The notes: generated from the letters alone by a model not told the origin. A DNA stretch of 64,000 nt from Octopus sinensis (GCF_006345805.1 NC_043001.1:124124001-124188000), one strand, 5' to 3'; numbered from the stretch's first letter, positions 25,315-39,282 are shown. Numbers and translations are program-made.

Positions 25315-25609
25315 ACGCCCTTTTCAAGCCTAGCCAGGCTCACAGGCCCGTTTCCCCGGTTTCTATGGCGTATGTGTTCCTCCCACCAGCTGGACAGGAC
25401 GCCAGTCCATTGCAGCGTTACTCAAGAAACAGGAAGGAAGAGTGATAGAAAGTTGGAGCGAAAGAGTACAACAGGGGTCGCCACCAACCCATGCCAGAGC
25501 CTCGTGGAGCTTTAGGCGTTTTTGCTCAATAAACACACACAACGCCCGGTCTGGGAATCGAAACCACAATCCTCCGACTGCCCTAACCACTGGGCCATTG
25601 CACCTCCAC
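25315..25609 (-). mobile_element. tRNA-derived SINE
   Basis: The minus-strand head gtggaggtgcaatggcccagtggttagggcag matches the head of 63022-63412; the tail carries ctggacaggacgccagtccat. Confidence 0.85.
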
Positions 25610-25611
25610 TT

Positions 25612-25860
25612 GCGCCCTTTTAAATCCTAGCCAGACTCATGGGCCCGCTTTCCTGGTTTCAATAGTGTATGTGCTCCCCAGCTGGACAGGACGCCAGTCC
25701 ATCGCAGCGTTACACATTTTTTCCAGTTGAGTGGACTGGAGCAACGTGAAATGAAGTGTTTTGCTCAAGAACACAACGCGTCGCCCGGTCCAGGAATCGA
25801 AACCACAATCTTACGATCATGATGAGGACACCCTAACCACTAAGCCACGCGCCTCCACTT
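25612..25860 (-). mobile_element. tRNA-derived SINE (related subfamily, same tail)
   Basis: Minus-strand head gtggaggcgcgtggcttagtggttaggg, B-box-like GGTTTCGATTCC, and a tail shared with the adjacent copy. Confidence 0.85.
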
Positions 25861-26250
25861 CATATATACATGAAGACATATAAATATATAAATAAATAAA
25901 TAAATATATGAGAAAAGTGTGAATATTTTTTTCCTTCTATTAATGATGAATTTCTTAACGCATTTACGCACATGGCCATGCGTTCAACATGTTGCACTCA
26001 CGATTGGTAGATCGTGGTTTCGATTCCCGGATAGAGTGGCATGAATTTCTTCAAAAAAATATTTCATTTCTCGTTCCTCTACAATCATTTTGACATCTGC
26101 CGCGTGGCAAACTTATGCACTAGTACGGGCAATTTCGATTTGATGGAGTGGGTACACTAATGTACAACACGTACATTTCATCATTATAAACGAATCATTT
26201 GTACTGGTCGTTCGTGAAACACTATATACGTTGTCTTCGACGGGAGATTC

Positions 26251-26300
<50 letters not shown>

Positions 26301-27646
26301 TTATATGCACACTTGTTTCTATGCGTATGTGTGACTTAGTCTTCTCCAATTTTAAATTATTGTATTTCAATGGCTAATTGTTGTACGAATATAGTGTAGC
26401 GCTATTTTTCGCTTGACATCTGATAGTGATCCTTCCAGTTCGAAAGCATAGATTTACATTGATTTCTGCCCTTCTGAAATAACTCAAACCTGATACTCCT
26501 AAAAACATCAATCCACAGCCAAAATGTTGATAACTAACGTAAACTTTATCACCCGCGTTTATTTTACGTTTACGACAACTGTCCTATAAATTGTGATTTA
26601 TGAATGAGTATAGAAATGCATGTAATTTAAAGTTATAGAAACTTCTAAATATTTCAGAAACTGCATACGTTTTCAATTAAGTCATAAACAACGGATTTCC
26701 GCATAATTTCCATCTACCAAATTCTGCTTGCAAAGCATTTATCCAAGATGCTGTGTGGTGGAATCGAACCCGGGTCCATGCAGTTACAAAGCGAACTTCT
26801 TAAATTGATAGCCAATAGAATCAGTATTTCATTTGATGCGGACGATAGGAACTATAGTTCACATTATGTTACCCCCATACACACACCGACTGTATAATTC
26901 TAGTCAGATCATCTCTCTTAGCAACTGATATTTATTGTTAGTTTTTACTGTTGATTTTAATTCACAGATCACACCTGATTAAACTGATTCGTGAACAAAG
27001 ACATCTCAACTCTGTCCATTGCTTTATATATCTCGTATTTCAAAGAATCCTTACATTTTTGGAGAGGATAAGTAGTGATTTGATGGAATTTGCTAGCTAT
27101 TTTAAGGCACTCACGGGACACCTTACAGACAAACTTCGTTGGCTAGTATGACTTTTATTATTATTATTATTATTAGTAGTAGTAGTAGTAGTAGTATTTG
27201 TAGCAGTAGTAGTAGTTGTTGTTGTTGTTGTTGTAGTAGCTGCTGTCATATTTAACCTTATGTTAGCCTCAATTGAACTGATCGATAGTCGACCATATTA
27301 CTACGCAAATCAAGAACAATGCAGTCACTCATATGGATACCTAATGAATAAAAATTAAAGTAGCTACTGAGCTTCGTAATATACCGATAGACCTTTCATA
27401 ATTATAATTCTAATTTTTGTAATCGTACCATACGATTTATAATTGTTATAGTATAATCATTATGCCGAGGGCCAAGAGCATGTGCATTTTAAAATTATAT
27501 AAATGCCCTTTCTATTTTCAAGTTTATAAAATGCCCAACTTTTTCTGTATTGGAATCTTGTTTATAAAGTATCTGATTTGATTACAAAAGAAATTTTTAA
27601 CAGTTTTACTTCTTTATTTCGAAGTGATATTAGTATTTTCTTTTAT

Positions 27647-27691
<45 letters not shown>

Positions 27692-27702
27692 ATATATAAT
27701 AT

Positions 27703-28532
27703 TAATTAGGGCTTAGTAAAATAAATTACTTTGCCACATACTGAACTTTCTAGAAATAGCAGCCAAAAAGTTTTTTAGCCATTTCCACTATTTAATTTTC
27801 ACTCCTTTTAGCCATTTCCACTACTTAAAGAAAATTTCTCTCATAGTTCAGTATGTGGCAAAGTAATTTATTTTACTAAGCCCTAATTATATAATGTAAT
27901 ATTTTGAATTCGCCTTAAATGGTCCTTTTACATACTGAATACTTGGTGAAATTGATTAATAACTAATTAATTTTACCCTAAATTGTTGATATTATAATTC
28001 ATTTCTCTGTCATATCGCCTCGGTTCTCACCGTTAAAATATAATGTTTGCTAGATAACCCACGTGGGTGGAAGGGGAGAGCAGGGAATCTTCGCTTGCAC
28101 ATTTTGAATTTGTTGGTACTGGCAGTTTGAACGGGTCATCTGAGGTGATAAGTCGCCAAAGGGTATGTTCTTTCTTTTTAGTGCTTCCAAATCCAAAATA
28201 AGAAATGTTGAGCTGACGAAAGAAATGCTGAGTTTATTTGGCTAATCTAGAAACGTTAACGTTCTCAAATAATCTTTGTACTTGTGATATTTTTCTGTTT
28301 CTACCTCCATACCTTCGTGGGTTATTTTGAGTAAACATTATCTGAGAGAAATTTTCTTTAAGTAGTGGAAATGGCTAAAAAACTTTTTTGGCTGCTATTT
28401 CTAGAAAATTCAGTATGTGGCAAAGTAATTTATTTTACTAAGCCCTAATTATATAATGTAATATTTTGAATTCGCCTTAAATGGTCCTTTTACATACTGA
28501 ATACTTGGTGAAATTGATACCCTAAATTGTTG

Positions 28533-28533
<1 letters not shown>
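27703..28533 (+). mobile_element. Diverged relative of the 544-bp array: inverted 5' fragment plus ~1.2 monomers (562-bp period)
   Basis: ttcagtatgtggcaaag recurs at 27847 and 28409. The sequence is colinear with the array monomer; 27703-27843 is inverted; (TA)n lies on both flanks. Confidence 0.9.
28200..28276 (+). ncRNA. Type I hammerhead ribozyme with canonical core
   Basis: aaga aatgt tgag | CTGACGA (28213-28219) | a aga..tct a | GAAA cgttaacg T T | ctca aataa tctt. Palindromic stem III ACGTTAACGT; predicted cut after 28263. Confidence 0.9.
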
Positions 28534-28619
<86 letters not shown>

Positions 28620-30609
28620 GTTTATGAAATATTGACAACATTGTGAATTTCTGGTATAAAAATATAGTAAAGAAATTAATTAAAGAAAACAGTCAGATGA
28701 AATTATCTCAATACGGGATGCAATTAAGTGCTACGATATAACGGAAACCTCGTTCGACAGCGGTAAGAGATACAAACAAGGAAGCAGGCACGCTAAAATT
28801 TTAGAGATTGTAATTTATGTGGAGGTTTCCTGGAGTGATTCGGTATAAGGGTTTACATGGCCGCTTTGAATTATAACAATGTGTGATCCAACTCTTCTCC
28901 GCAGTTTAGTATATACAATTTTGTATCGCTGGTGCAAATTTATATCGTTTCTAATATAACGTTTATAAATCCAAAGATCTTTCACGACGTTTTCCATTAT
29001 TTTAAACGTTTCGGGATTGATTTTAATTTTATTGTATATTTATCGGTGTTTAACCTCTTGTCTGGCAGGCGTATCACATATAATAAACATGACATATTTA
29101 TCTGGCATCCATGAATTTTATATGATAAAAATTCCACTTTTTCCAAACACTAGCGTAACTTGGGGCTTAAGAAAAAAAGCTTTATATTATCCAGAATGTA
29201 TGAAACAAGAATAACAAAACGTAAGAAAACAAACATGGATGTTTACGACAGGCTTACGAAAATGCTTGGTACAGGCAATTGGTAAAATGGAACACTCTAA
29301 CATGCTTCATTGTGTTAAAATGGTTGAAAATTGTTTTTGATTTTTTTCCCAAGTGAAGGTGGCTTATAATGGAACATTCGAACTGAGCATTCGAGTTACT
29401 CGTATTAAAGTTTTCGTTCGTGTTTTCGATTTCGTATCATAGTTAACGTTACTAAAATTGTAGCATTAAATCACACGTCTCGACAAACAGAAAAAAATAT
29501 AGATAGTAGAATATAATGCAATTCTATAAAAACTTTAGTATCTTTTTTCTACAATATATATTTAAATTAAACTAGCCCAAGATTTGTTTTTCCGTCATTG
29601 GATTGTAGTTAAAATATATATTCAATATACTAAGATACTCCTGTTGTATCAAATGCTACAAACACTTAGCAATATAGTGATTTAAGGAATCAAGATTATC
29701 GGGATTTCACGCCGCTAGTATTCTAATTTCTATTAAACACATTTTTTCTGTCTTTCACTTGCAAGTTAAAGGTTTAAATCTAATCAAAAGAAATCAATTA
29801 ATCATGATTGAATGAAGATTAGTGGTTGTTGTTTTATCGCCGCTGTTGTCGTTGGGCTTTGACCAGCCGTTTCCAAGCACAATTAAGATGAGTGATATCT
29901 ACAATGGTTACTAGTATTTAGTTACGTCACATTACATTCCTAGCTCATGGTCCACCGGTATTGATATTTGCATTTCTTCTCTCTAGAATCAATACAATAA
30001 TAACCAGTAATATACAGGGGTAAAATTTACACGAATATAACTTGTCTTTATAAAATTGCGCTTTTGTGCCAATTAGACAAATTGGTTTTAGGGCAGTATG
30101 ATTTCTTCGTCATTTTGTTTTCTAAATGCTTCTTTATCCAACTATTTAAATATCGCTAAATCATTCTGAAGTAATTAAACTGAATTTTTAGCGTAGGCTA
30201 ATATAATCTTTGATTTAGTATTAACTGAAAATAATTAGAGTTTAAATGCACTTTAGTAAAAGCTATGAAATTTGACTAATATGAAAAAATAAAACAACAG
30301 GAATAACAACATAAAATTCAATATTCATTCTTCTGGAAGAATTATTCGTCAATTTGAGCGAACAAGGGATCGGCTACGTTTTCGTTCGATTTAATACAAT
30401 TAACGGTCGCATCTCAGATTTCGTCCCACAGTCTTTAATAAGTGATGGTTATTTTAGCTAATGCATTCCTATGGATTTCTGCAAAGACGTGATTACTAAA
30501 GGCTCATGCTTGTCGTATATTTGACTATAGGTATCACATGATCGAGAATAACCCAAAACTATACGACTACAATAACGTTACCACCAATGCGCAGTGCGTA
30601 TGTGTGTAC

Positions 30610-30885
30610 GTACGAGTGTGAGCTGAAAAGTTCGTAGGCTAACTATGAAGGATTGCTGCTAGAATTGCCAAATCTTGCATGCATTAATTTCAACTCCTCT
30701 TGCTTATAACTCTATTGATTCTTTCCAGGTAAACTCACATCTCAATGTCTAAAGGAAACTCCAAATGTAACTGGTAGCGACATCTCTCGTATATGGACAA
30801 AATTTAGCATCGTGAAGTTATCAAGTACCTGCAGAAAGAAAAGGGTCAGCCCCGAACGGCATTCATGATGACATGCATGATACAG
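30610..30885 (+). mobile_element. mariner 5' fragment
   Basis: TIR-like tacgagtgtgagctgaaaagttc, followed by MDKI.HREVIKYLQKEK.., the transposase N-terminus. Confidence 0.7.
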
Positions 30886-31004
30886 TGGTTCCCAGCCTGG
30901 GGTCCACAAATCTAGTACTGGTGGCCCGTGAACTAGATTAAAAGTTTCACACATACACACACACACACGCACACATACACACACGCACGGACACAGACAC
31001 ACAG

Positions 31005-31078
<74 letters not shown>

Positions 31079-31084
31079 AAAAAG

Positions 31085-32300
31085 GTGAAGGTAGAAAATG
31101 TTAAAATAACTTCATAAAAAACATTTCAGTACCGGTTCCAGTCATTGAGACTTTTTCAACTCTAAGTATGGAAAACAATAAAATTTTGGAAAAATTTAAT
31201 GAAAAGATTTTAAATGAATATTTGCATAGTATTCAAATGCAAGGGACATTTTCCTTGCTTCTGCATGTCTCTGTCTCTCTTGTTTACTCTTGTGGGTTCG
31301 AGGTGGTTGTGAATTCTTGGCAGAGGATGAGAAGAAGAAGAAAAAAGAAGAAGAAGAAGGATGAAAACGAGGAGGAGAAGAAGAATGTGGGAGTGCCATG
31401 ATAGTAGTAAGTTGTTAAAGGGTCAAGGATATTAGCAGGGTGTCAAATGGATAGTAGTAGGATGTTAAATGGCATGAAGGTATAGAGAGACTTAAAGAAT
31501 TCCAAGCACTTATAAATGGACTTGGTGTAAACATTCAATTTACGATGGAATATAGTCATCAACAACTTCCTTTCCTCGACATCCTCATTAAGAAATCTAA
31601 CAACTTAATAGAAACAGATGTATACTATAAGCCCACAGACTCCAAGCAATATCTACCGTTCAACTCATTCCACCCCAGACACATTAGAATGAATATCCCC
31701 CTCAACCTAGCAAAAAGAATATGTACTATAGTTTCTAACGCAAGCACCAGCGACACACGACTACATGAACTAAATGATACACACATCACCAGGAACTACC
31801 TACCTTCACTAATTGACATACGTTTTCAAAATGCCCTACAACTCAACATCCACGAACTCAGACATCCAAAATTAAAAAGGGATTTACCACCAAAAGCTCT
31901 ACCATACATCTCCACACACAACCCTCTTAACAATGAAGCCTTCGACACCATCCTTCAAAACATTCCCCTCCTAAAAGAGGACCACAGAATGAACTTAATC
32001 CTCCAAACACACTCCATCATATAAAGAAAGGGACAACCCAAATCTATGAAAAGTCTCCTAACACAAGCCCGAATACGCTCAACAACAACAATGAAGACGT
32101 CAGTAAAAAAATGCAGAAGACCCAACTGCGGGATATGCGTCAATTTAATTGAGGGATCAAAGTTCTCCTTCAAATAGGGACAACGTTTCACAGTGAAAAG
32201 CAGCTTCACATGTGCTTCGGAGAACCTGATATACGCACTAATCTACTCTGGGTGTCAAGAGAAATACATAGGCCAAACAAAAACAGATTGCAGTAATCAA
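31085..32300 (+). mobile_element. Penelope-like retroelement fragment with inverted 5' segments
   Basis: ORF 31545-32024 gives QLPFLDILIKK, YYKPTDSKQYLPFNSFHPRH and PYISTHNP; then RRPNCGIC and FTCASENLIYAL..GCQEKYIGQT. 31085-31200 matches 43612-43740. 31330-31420 is an inverted match to 44410-44460. Confidence 0.88.
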
Positions 32301-32399
32301 TAAAGTATCGCATGAATTCCATATTCTATCTCTCTCCCTTACTCTCTCTCTCTCTCTCTCTCTCATATGTATGTACGTGTGCAGACTTGTATGTTTTGT

Positions 32400-32835
32400 T
32401 TTATGCATGTATTCTCATGCATATAGTTGCATATCGAGACATGCTCAGATATATTTAAATGATAAACTTCTAGAGAGTTTTACAGATTTTTACAGTTCCA
32501 GTGATAGATTTGATCTATTGGCTTCGAATTAGCTTTCTCCTTCCTGGTTTTGGGAAGCCTAATTTCTCAAGATTAATATTTCGGCAGCGTGATGTATATC
32601 CCAGGGTCCAATACTTACAGGTATAATTCTGAACTCGTTATCTGGATTAAGTAACTGCATATTACTCAATAGTTCGGTGTAGGTATTCTCAGTATTCTCT
32701 TTTTCATTGATCTTCGGCGTTATGTTAACATCCGCTAGGCAGCTAATTTCCACAACTGTACAGTTTCTCATCTCTATCCCAAAGCATTATATCGAGTCTG
32801 ATGTGCTTAAATTTTACTTAGGTTTTCACTGGACA
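32400..32835 (-). mobile_element. 3' end of an RLE-type (R4/Dong-like) non-LTR retrotransposon
   Basis: ORF 32559-32771 gives CTVVEISCLADVNI..KINEKEN.YTELL..IIP..IG, a restriction-like endonuclease signature. Second copy at 41392-41812. Confidence 0.75.
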
Positions 32836-33597
32836 TTCCACTATGTACGTACGTACGTATGTATGTATATATGTATGTATGTATGTATGTATCTAAGTAT
32901 GTATGTATGTATGTATGTATGTATCTAAGTATGTATGTATGTATGTATGCATGTAGGTATGTATGTATGTATATCAGTATCGGTTTGGCTGCTTCAGGTC
33001 AACCATCATACAAATATATTGTTAAAAGCATTTTAGTAGTTACCAAATGGTCATTTTGTTTTCAGCTATAGTCTGCTAAGTATTTTATTATTTAATGTAT
33101 CATTTCTCCACTCAATATAAAGTAGATCTGGGTGCTAATTATGCTGATTGAGAAACCTAGTAAATGCTTAATCCTTAAGAACATAGAATATATATATGTA
33201 CAGTCTATAGGCAATGAAATAATGTGATTATCAAATATTTTAAATGCAACAATACTACAGGTAATATGATTAGGAATTACAAAATGCCAGTAAAAAATAC
33301 AAAAATGTTGATAAAATCTTAAGAATTGAAACGTAACTGCATCTAGACCAAATGTACCAATACAAGCATACAAACACACACACATACATACAAACACTCA
33401 CACACATAGATACACACGCACACACACATACACAATATACACACATAAACACATATACCTGTAAATATGGAATGAAAGGTAGCAGGACGGAATAGCACAT
33501 ACGTACGCATATGTATTTATATAGGACCCTTCATATGCATGTCAATCGATAATACTTAGTAATTTGTACACACACAGATAACACAGATATACAAAAG

Positions 33598-33656
<59 letters not shown>

Positions 33657-33730
33657 GTATATATATATATATATGTATATATATGTGTATATATATGTGT
33701 GTGTGTGTGTGTGGGTATATACACACATAA

Positions 33731-34171
33731 ATGACCATGGGATTGCACCTAGAAAGTTACCCTCAGAGGCACAAGTCTGGGCAAGGTTGTTTATGGAAGA
33801 CCAGCAATCGCCCATGCATACCAGCTGTCCCCTCTCCACGCCACCGATGTTATCCAAGGGAAAGGCAAAGGCCGTCACAACTTGGCACCAGTGACGTCGC
33901 AACTCATTTATTAAGGTGCAAGTACGAGCATCTCACAGACACGTGTACCCTGAGTGTGACAAGGCTGGCCCTTAAAAATACAAATACAACAGAAACAGGA
34001 AGAGAGAGTAAGAGAAAGTTATGGTGAAAGAGTACCACCCCTTCTGCCGGAGCATCGTGGAGCTTTAGGTGTTTTCGCTCAATAAACACTCACAATGCCC
34101 GGTCTGGGAATCGAGACTGCGATCCTACGACGGCGAGTCCACTGCACTAACCACTGGGCCATTGCGTCTCC

Positions 34172-34172
<1 letters not shown>
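33731..34172 (-). mobile_element. tRNA-derived SINE with a different 3' tail
   Basis: Head and body match 63022-63412 in reverse; the tail is gggattgcacctagaaagttaccc..gaagaccagc. Confidence 0.85.
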
Positions 34173-34236
<64 letters not shown>

Positions 34237-34290
34237 ATATATATATGAATATATATACATATATACATATACATATATATATATACATAC

Positions 34291-34322
<32 letters not shown>

Positions 34323-34333
34323 ATATATATGTG

Positions 34334-34400
<67 letters not shown>

Positions 34401-34494
34401 AGATAGATAGATAAATACAGAGGCAGATGGATGTGTGTATGTATATATATATGTATATGTATATATGTATATATATTCATATATATATACATAC

Positions 34495-34526
<32 letters not shown>

Positions 34527-34575
34527 CATATATATATATATATATAATATATATATATATAATATATATATATTT
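34173..34575. repeat. (TA)n/(TG)n microsatellite
   Basis: Read directly. Confidence 0.95.
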
Positions 34576-34708
34576 ATTTATTTATTTATTGAGATAGGCG
34601 TTTATTTATACATATACTTTATTTGTGCTTATGCTGAAGTGCTTTGCAATTACTCCTTATAGGAATCTTGGAAGTTGTACGCTTTATTCATGAAGCCAGC
34701 TTTTACGA

Positions 34709-34740
<32 letters not shown>

Positions 34741-34771
34741 ATCTCCCTCTCTCCTTTACACTTATAACAAG

Positions 34772-34990
34772 GAACAGTTACAATACTTTAAATTACTTAA
34801 GTCAAAACGCGATAGAAAAACTTTAGTGGACAATACATCTGTACTTGAGAATTCTACAAGGAAAATAAACTCAATGATGAAAGCAATGGATATTAATAAC
34901 GAAGTAAAATGCGAAGATATAGACACTGACAACAAACAAATATTACAAATAACATCCAACGACGACACACTTAACGGTTTGAATGTCTAA
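34772..34990 (+). CDS. Candidate 3'-terminal coding exon (72 aa), product unknown
   Basis: A pyrimidine tract and AG (34770-34771) precede a stop-free frame EQLQYFKLLKSKRDRKTLVDN..DDTLNGLNV, ending TAA at 34988-34990. No upstream exon or homology was identified. Confidence 0.25.
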   Translation, partial: EQLQYFKLLKSKRDRKTLVDNTSVLENSTRKINSMMKAMDINNEVKCEDIDTDNKQILQITSNDDTLNGLNV

Positions 34991-35344
34991 CTCGATCACG
35001 TTGCTTCTACTTTCTATAAATTGGTAGCGAAGCAAACCCACAATCATTCATTCCAAGAATTAGACTATAGCCATGTAAAAATGTTACTTATAAAATCAGA
35101 AATTTTACTGCCAACCCTACCACCCCAAATATATAACTTTCATACGCACATTTGAAAATGTTAAAAGAAGATGATAAAACTCAAACTAGAAGGCAGTCAT
35201 ATTATCAATAAGATATTTCTGGAAGAAATGTCCTTCCCATATATACAAATGTGATACGCGTGTGTGTATATATGTATTAATATTAGCGGGTGTACATCTA
35301 TTCGAAACTATCATGCATTCATATACATATATACGTACGTACAT

Positions 35345-35419
35345 ACACATACATACACACTCATACACACACATATATATGTATGTGTGTATATATATAT
35401 ATATATATTATATATATAT

Positions 35420-35475
<56 letters not shown>

Positions 35476-35607
35476 CATAGATGTACGTATATACACTTAC
35501 ATACAACATACATATCTATGGATTTATGTATTATACACACACACATATATATATATGTATATATATAACAGAAATTGATATATATAAATGCATGTATGTA
35601 TATATAA

Positions 35608-35663
<56 letters not shown>

Positions 35664-35820
35664 CATATAAATATATACATATATATATATATACATACAT
35701 ATATATATATACTTACACCCAGACACACAGACACAGACACACACACACACACAGACACACTCACACACATACAATATGTGTGTATTTATGTTTGCATATA
35801 TATATATATATATATGTATG
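35345..35820. repeat. (TA)n/(CA)n microsatellite cluster
   Basis: Read directly. Confidence 0.93.
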
Positions 35821-36992
35821 AGCAAGTATATGTGACATGTTACTGGAAATGCTGCTTATACAACAAGTATCATGATTACATGTAACGTGGAAATATATAC
35901 TTGTTTTGAGACTGAAAAGAATGTTAATCATCTGTCGGAAATGATAAGTAAACATCAATATATCTTGATGAACGATCGATACCCTTGAAATACCATTGAT
36001 TTACATGAGAACAATATCTTTTCATATTCTTTTAATATGGAGTTGCACAGAAAAGAAGTATGCCATAAGATCTTAGTTTCTGAATCATAATAATGTTATT
36101 GGATTCTTTTCATTTGGGATTTAAATGTATATATTTATGGGAGAGAGAAATCAAAAGTTGTGTCTTTCATGCCTTTGTCAAAGAAATTAGTAACATAAAT
36201 GAAGAGAAGTGTTTTCAACTGCGTGAATAAGACTTTAATATTTGACACAAAACCAATAATTTATTTATAGGAGAAGCGACGTACCAGACTGCAAAGTTAA
36301 TATTCACTAATATCAATATTGGCTGGTTTGGAAGTCATGCTAAAAATATAGACAGAAGAAAGTTAACTTTTTGATGTTCTTTAGTCCCAGGGCTGCACTT
36401 TTGTAGGAAAAGATCTATGATCAAAGACAATCCAGTCGTGACTATTTTAGCTTTCATTCATATTTAGTCCTTCGGTCAAAGTTGAACTTACAGCGGCACA
36501 TATATGTGTAAACCTGAAAAAGATTTTTTCATAATAACAGGCAGTTGCTTTTGCATACATGTTATATCTACCGCAAAGACCACCACCAATTTTCTGATGC
36601 TTCTTCGCACTAGTTTTGGCGCAGACGTTGCTGTCTACAAGCGTAAAGAAGCGAAAAAAACACCGAAATACAGTAAGGCGTCTGACTTGAAGCTGTAAGG
36701 CGTCTGACTTGAAGCTCTTGTACTCGACCAATCTACCTCCTAGGAGTGGTAATCACATACATTAAGACAGAGTTGTAAATACTCACGCACACGCAGAAAG
36801 ACAGACACACACACACGCACACACACACACATGTATATATATATTGTATATAACCTAAACTACGGTTTACTCATCGAACTAACTGCAACCATAGAACTTT
36901 ACAAAGGGCTGTACCTACTCAGGTAATCACCAGCAGCGCCTTTGGACTTAATTACCCCTTAGAAGCTTTACACTCCTGTAACTGATACCTAT

Positions 36993-37037
<45 letters not shown>

Positions 37038-37038
37038 G

Positions 37039-37074
<36 letters not shown>

Positions 37075-37469
37075 TGGCAAGTCAAAAATAGGAGGCGGGG
37101 AAAAAAACAACAGAAGTCAACTAGACATGCACAGTAAATATATTATAAGATATTTGGGTTGGATTGAATTGCCTCAGCTTGGCCCACTGCAGGACAAATG
37201 CCTCAAGCATGTACACTCCACCCAGAGATCACACTAGTATGATGATCTTATTCTGCTTCATAGGGTCGACAGAAAGGTCCAGTTTCCATACCCATCGAAT
37301 CCATTTAAGTGATTCTAGGATTATATTATCCAGTGTGTCACCCCTTGGTTAAGAAAAAGAGGTTGGATTTGAAGGTTTGGCTCTTATTTATAGCAGCTCA
37401 CATGGAGAAACAGAAGCTCCGTCACTTGCCTCAAATATTCGGAGTTCTCTCTTTTTCTCTTTCTCTTTC

Positions 37470-37580
37470 TCTTTACTTGTTTCAGTCATTTGACTGCGGC
37501 CATGCTGGAGCACCGCCTTTAATCGAGCAACTCGACCCGGGTACTTATTCTTTTGTAAGCCCAGTACTTATTCTATCGAT
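37470..37580. mobile_element. SINE fragment
   Basis: tttacttgtttcagtcatttgactgcggccatgctggagcaccgcc..gtacttattct; recognised from recall as an octopus SINE segment. Confidence 0.5.
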
Positions 37581-38887
37581 TCACTGAGTGAATCTATATA
37601 AATGCTTCTCTGAGTCTCTGTCACGTTTCTTTTTCTAAGTATGGCTATATCTATGTTATATATCACTAGCGGGATCTGTGGAAATTCTACAAATTGTAAA
37701 AAGATTAAAAGAAGCTATTTAAGAATGAAATGATTTGAATTTATGTTTTTATCTTGTTAAGTTATATCACTTCCAGTCACAATAATATATTATGGCTTTA
37801 AACTTTCCCTCTACTAAGCACTTTATATTTCTCTCTTTCTGTCTACTTCTTCAACAAACTTTTTAACCATTTAATTCCCCTCTTCATGCCTTTAACATTT
37901 CTCTCTTTCTCTTTCACCCTCACTTCAACTAACCACATAATTGAGAGCATCGGCTGGCTATAATGCTCTATCACTCTCACATTTCCTCTTCCTCTCTCTC
38001 ACTCCATCACCACATCCTCTATAATACGCTAAAGCGTCAAGTGTGAACGAACAGGTAGAAGAATATTATAGATTTAGTTCAATAATAATTCATTTCACTG
38101 TCAACACACCACCACCACTACCACCACCTCGTCATTTCCATCCATTTTCTCGCTCTTCGCCTCTCCCTTCAACTCGTCACGTGACGCATTTTGCATCATT
38201 ATACATTTTTCTCTACCTCTTCCTCTCTGCCTTCTTCTCTACTCAGACTCCCCACTCTCTCACTTTCATTCCAACTCTCACTCACTCCACCTCCAACTCT
38301 CTAAATAACTAAAGTATAACGGGCGAACGAACAAGCTGATTATTATATAGATTTTATTTAACAAACAGTTATTGGCTGTCCCACAAATCCTTAACGCTGG
38401 TGACCTCACTTAACGTTGGCCATGCGCTCTGCCAATATTGATACTCTGCTTTTGGTCACATGTAGGAAAGTGCCTTACGCAAAAAGCATTACACGCTTTC
38501 TGAGATCTCGATCATAGAATTGAAATCGAAACCTCGACTGGGATACGCAGCTTTACATATATATATTTACATTATTTATACCATAGAGTACTATCATAGA
38601 AGACAAAGTCAATTAATGCTTTGATATATGAAAATTTAGTTATGTTGGTTTCAGCCTTTGTAACTAAGACTATGATGGGAATATCATATTTTCATTAAAA
38701 AATAAAAAGCTTTGTACACAGTAAATCAGGTTTTAATTATATTTAAATATATCGAATTAAAATAGATCAGAGTCTGGGGAATCAAATATACAAGACCACT
38801 TAGTTGCATTGGAATGTAACAAAAAGTAACTTAAAAACCTCTCTGATCCTAAATCTAGATTTTAGTTTCGTTAATTTTACATTTCTC

Positions 38888-38947
38888 GCTCTTCTTCTTC
38901 TTCTTCTTCTTCTTCTTCTTCTTCTTCTTCTTCTTCTTCTTCTTCTT

Positions 38948-38978
<31 letters not shown>

Positions 38979-38987
38979 TTATTATTC

Positions 38988-39030
<43 letters not shown>

Positions 39031-39085
39031 CATCATCATCATCATTATCATTATTATTATTGTTGTTGTTGTTGTTGTTGTTGAT
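38888..39085. repeat. Compound microsatellite (CTT)n-(ATT)n-(ATC)n-(GTT)n
   Basis: Read directly. Confidence 0.97.
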
Positions 39086-39282
39086 ATGTGATAAAAACTC
39101 ACAGCTTTTTTGCTGGGTATGAGAGTAAGTGTCAACTGTCCTCCGCCAGCAGACTCAGATGACACTTATTTACTGGTCATATTTGAAGAAGCTTGCGAAG
39201 AATTCATACTGATTTTTGTAGATGTTCTACCTTCACACTTACGCCAATCATTTTTAGCTATGTTCGTAATTAAGTGCTGATA

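Noticed and set aside
27709-27883. Apparent MITE with GGGCTTAGTAAAATAAATTACTTTGCC terminal inverted repeats and TA flanks
   Set aside because: The right 'TIR' continues seamlessly into the retrozyme monomer and recurs in direct orientation in every unit; the left arm is the 5' inverted fragment.
36673-36716. Exact 22-bp tandem duplication gtaaggcgtctgacttgaagct
   Set aside because: Only two copies with no spacer; an ordinary slippage duplication.
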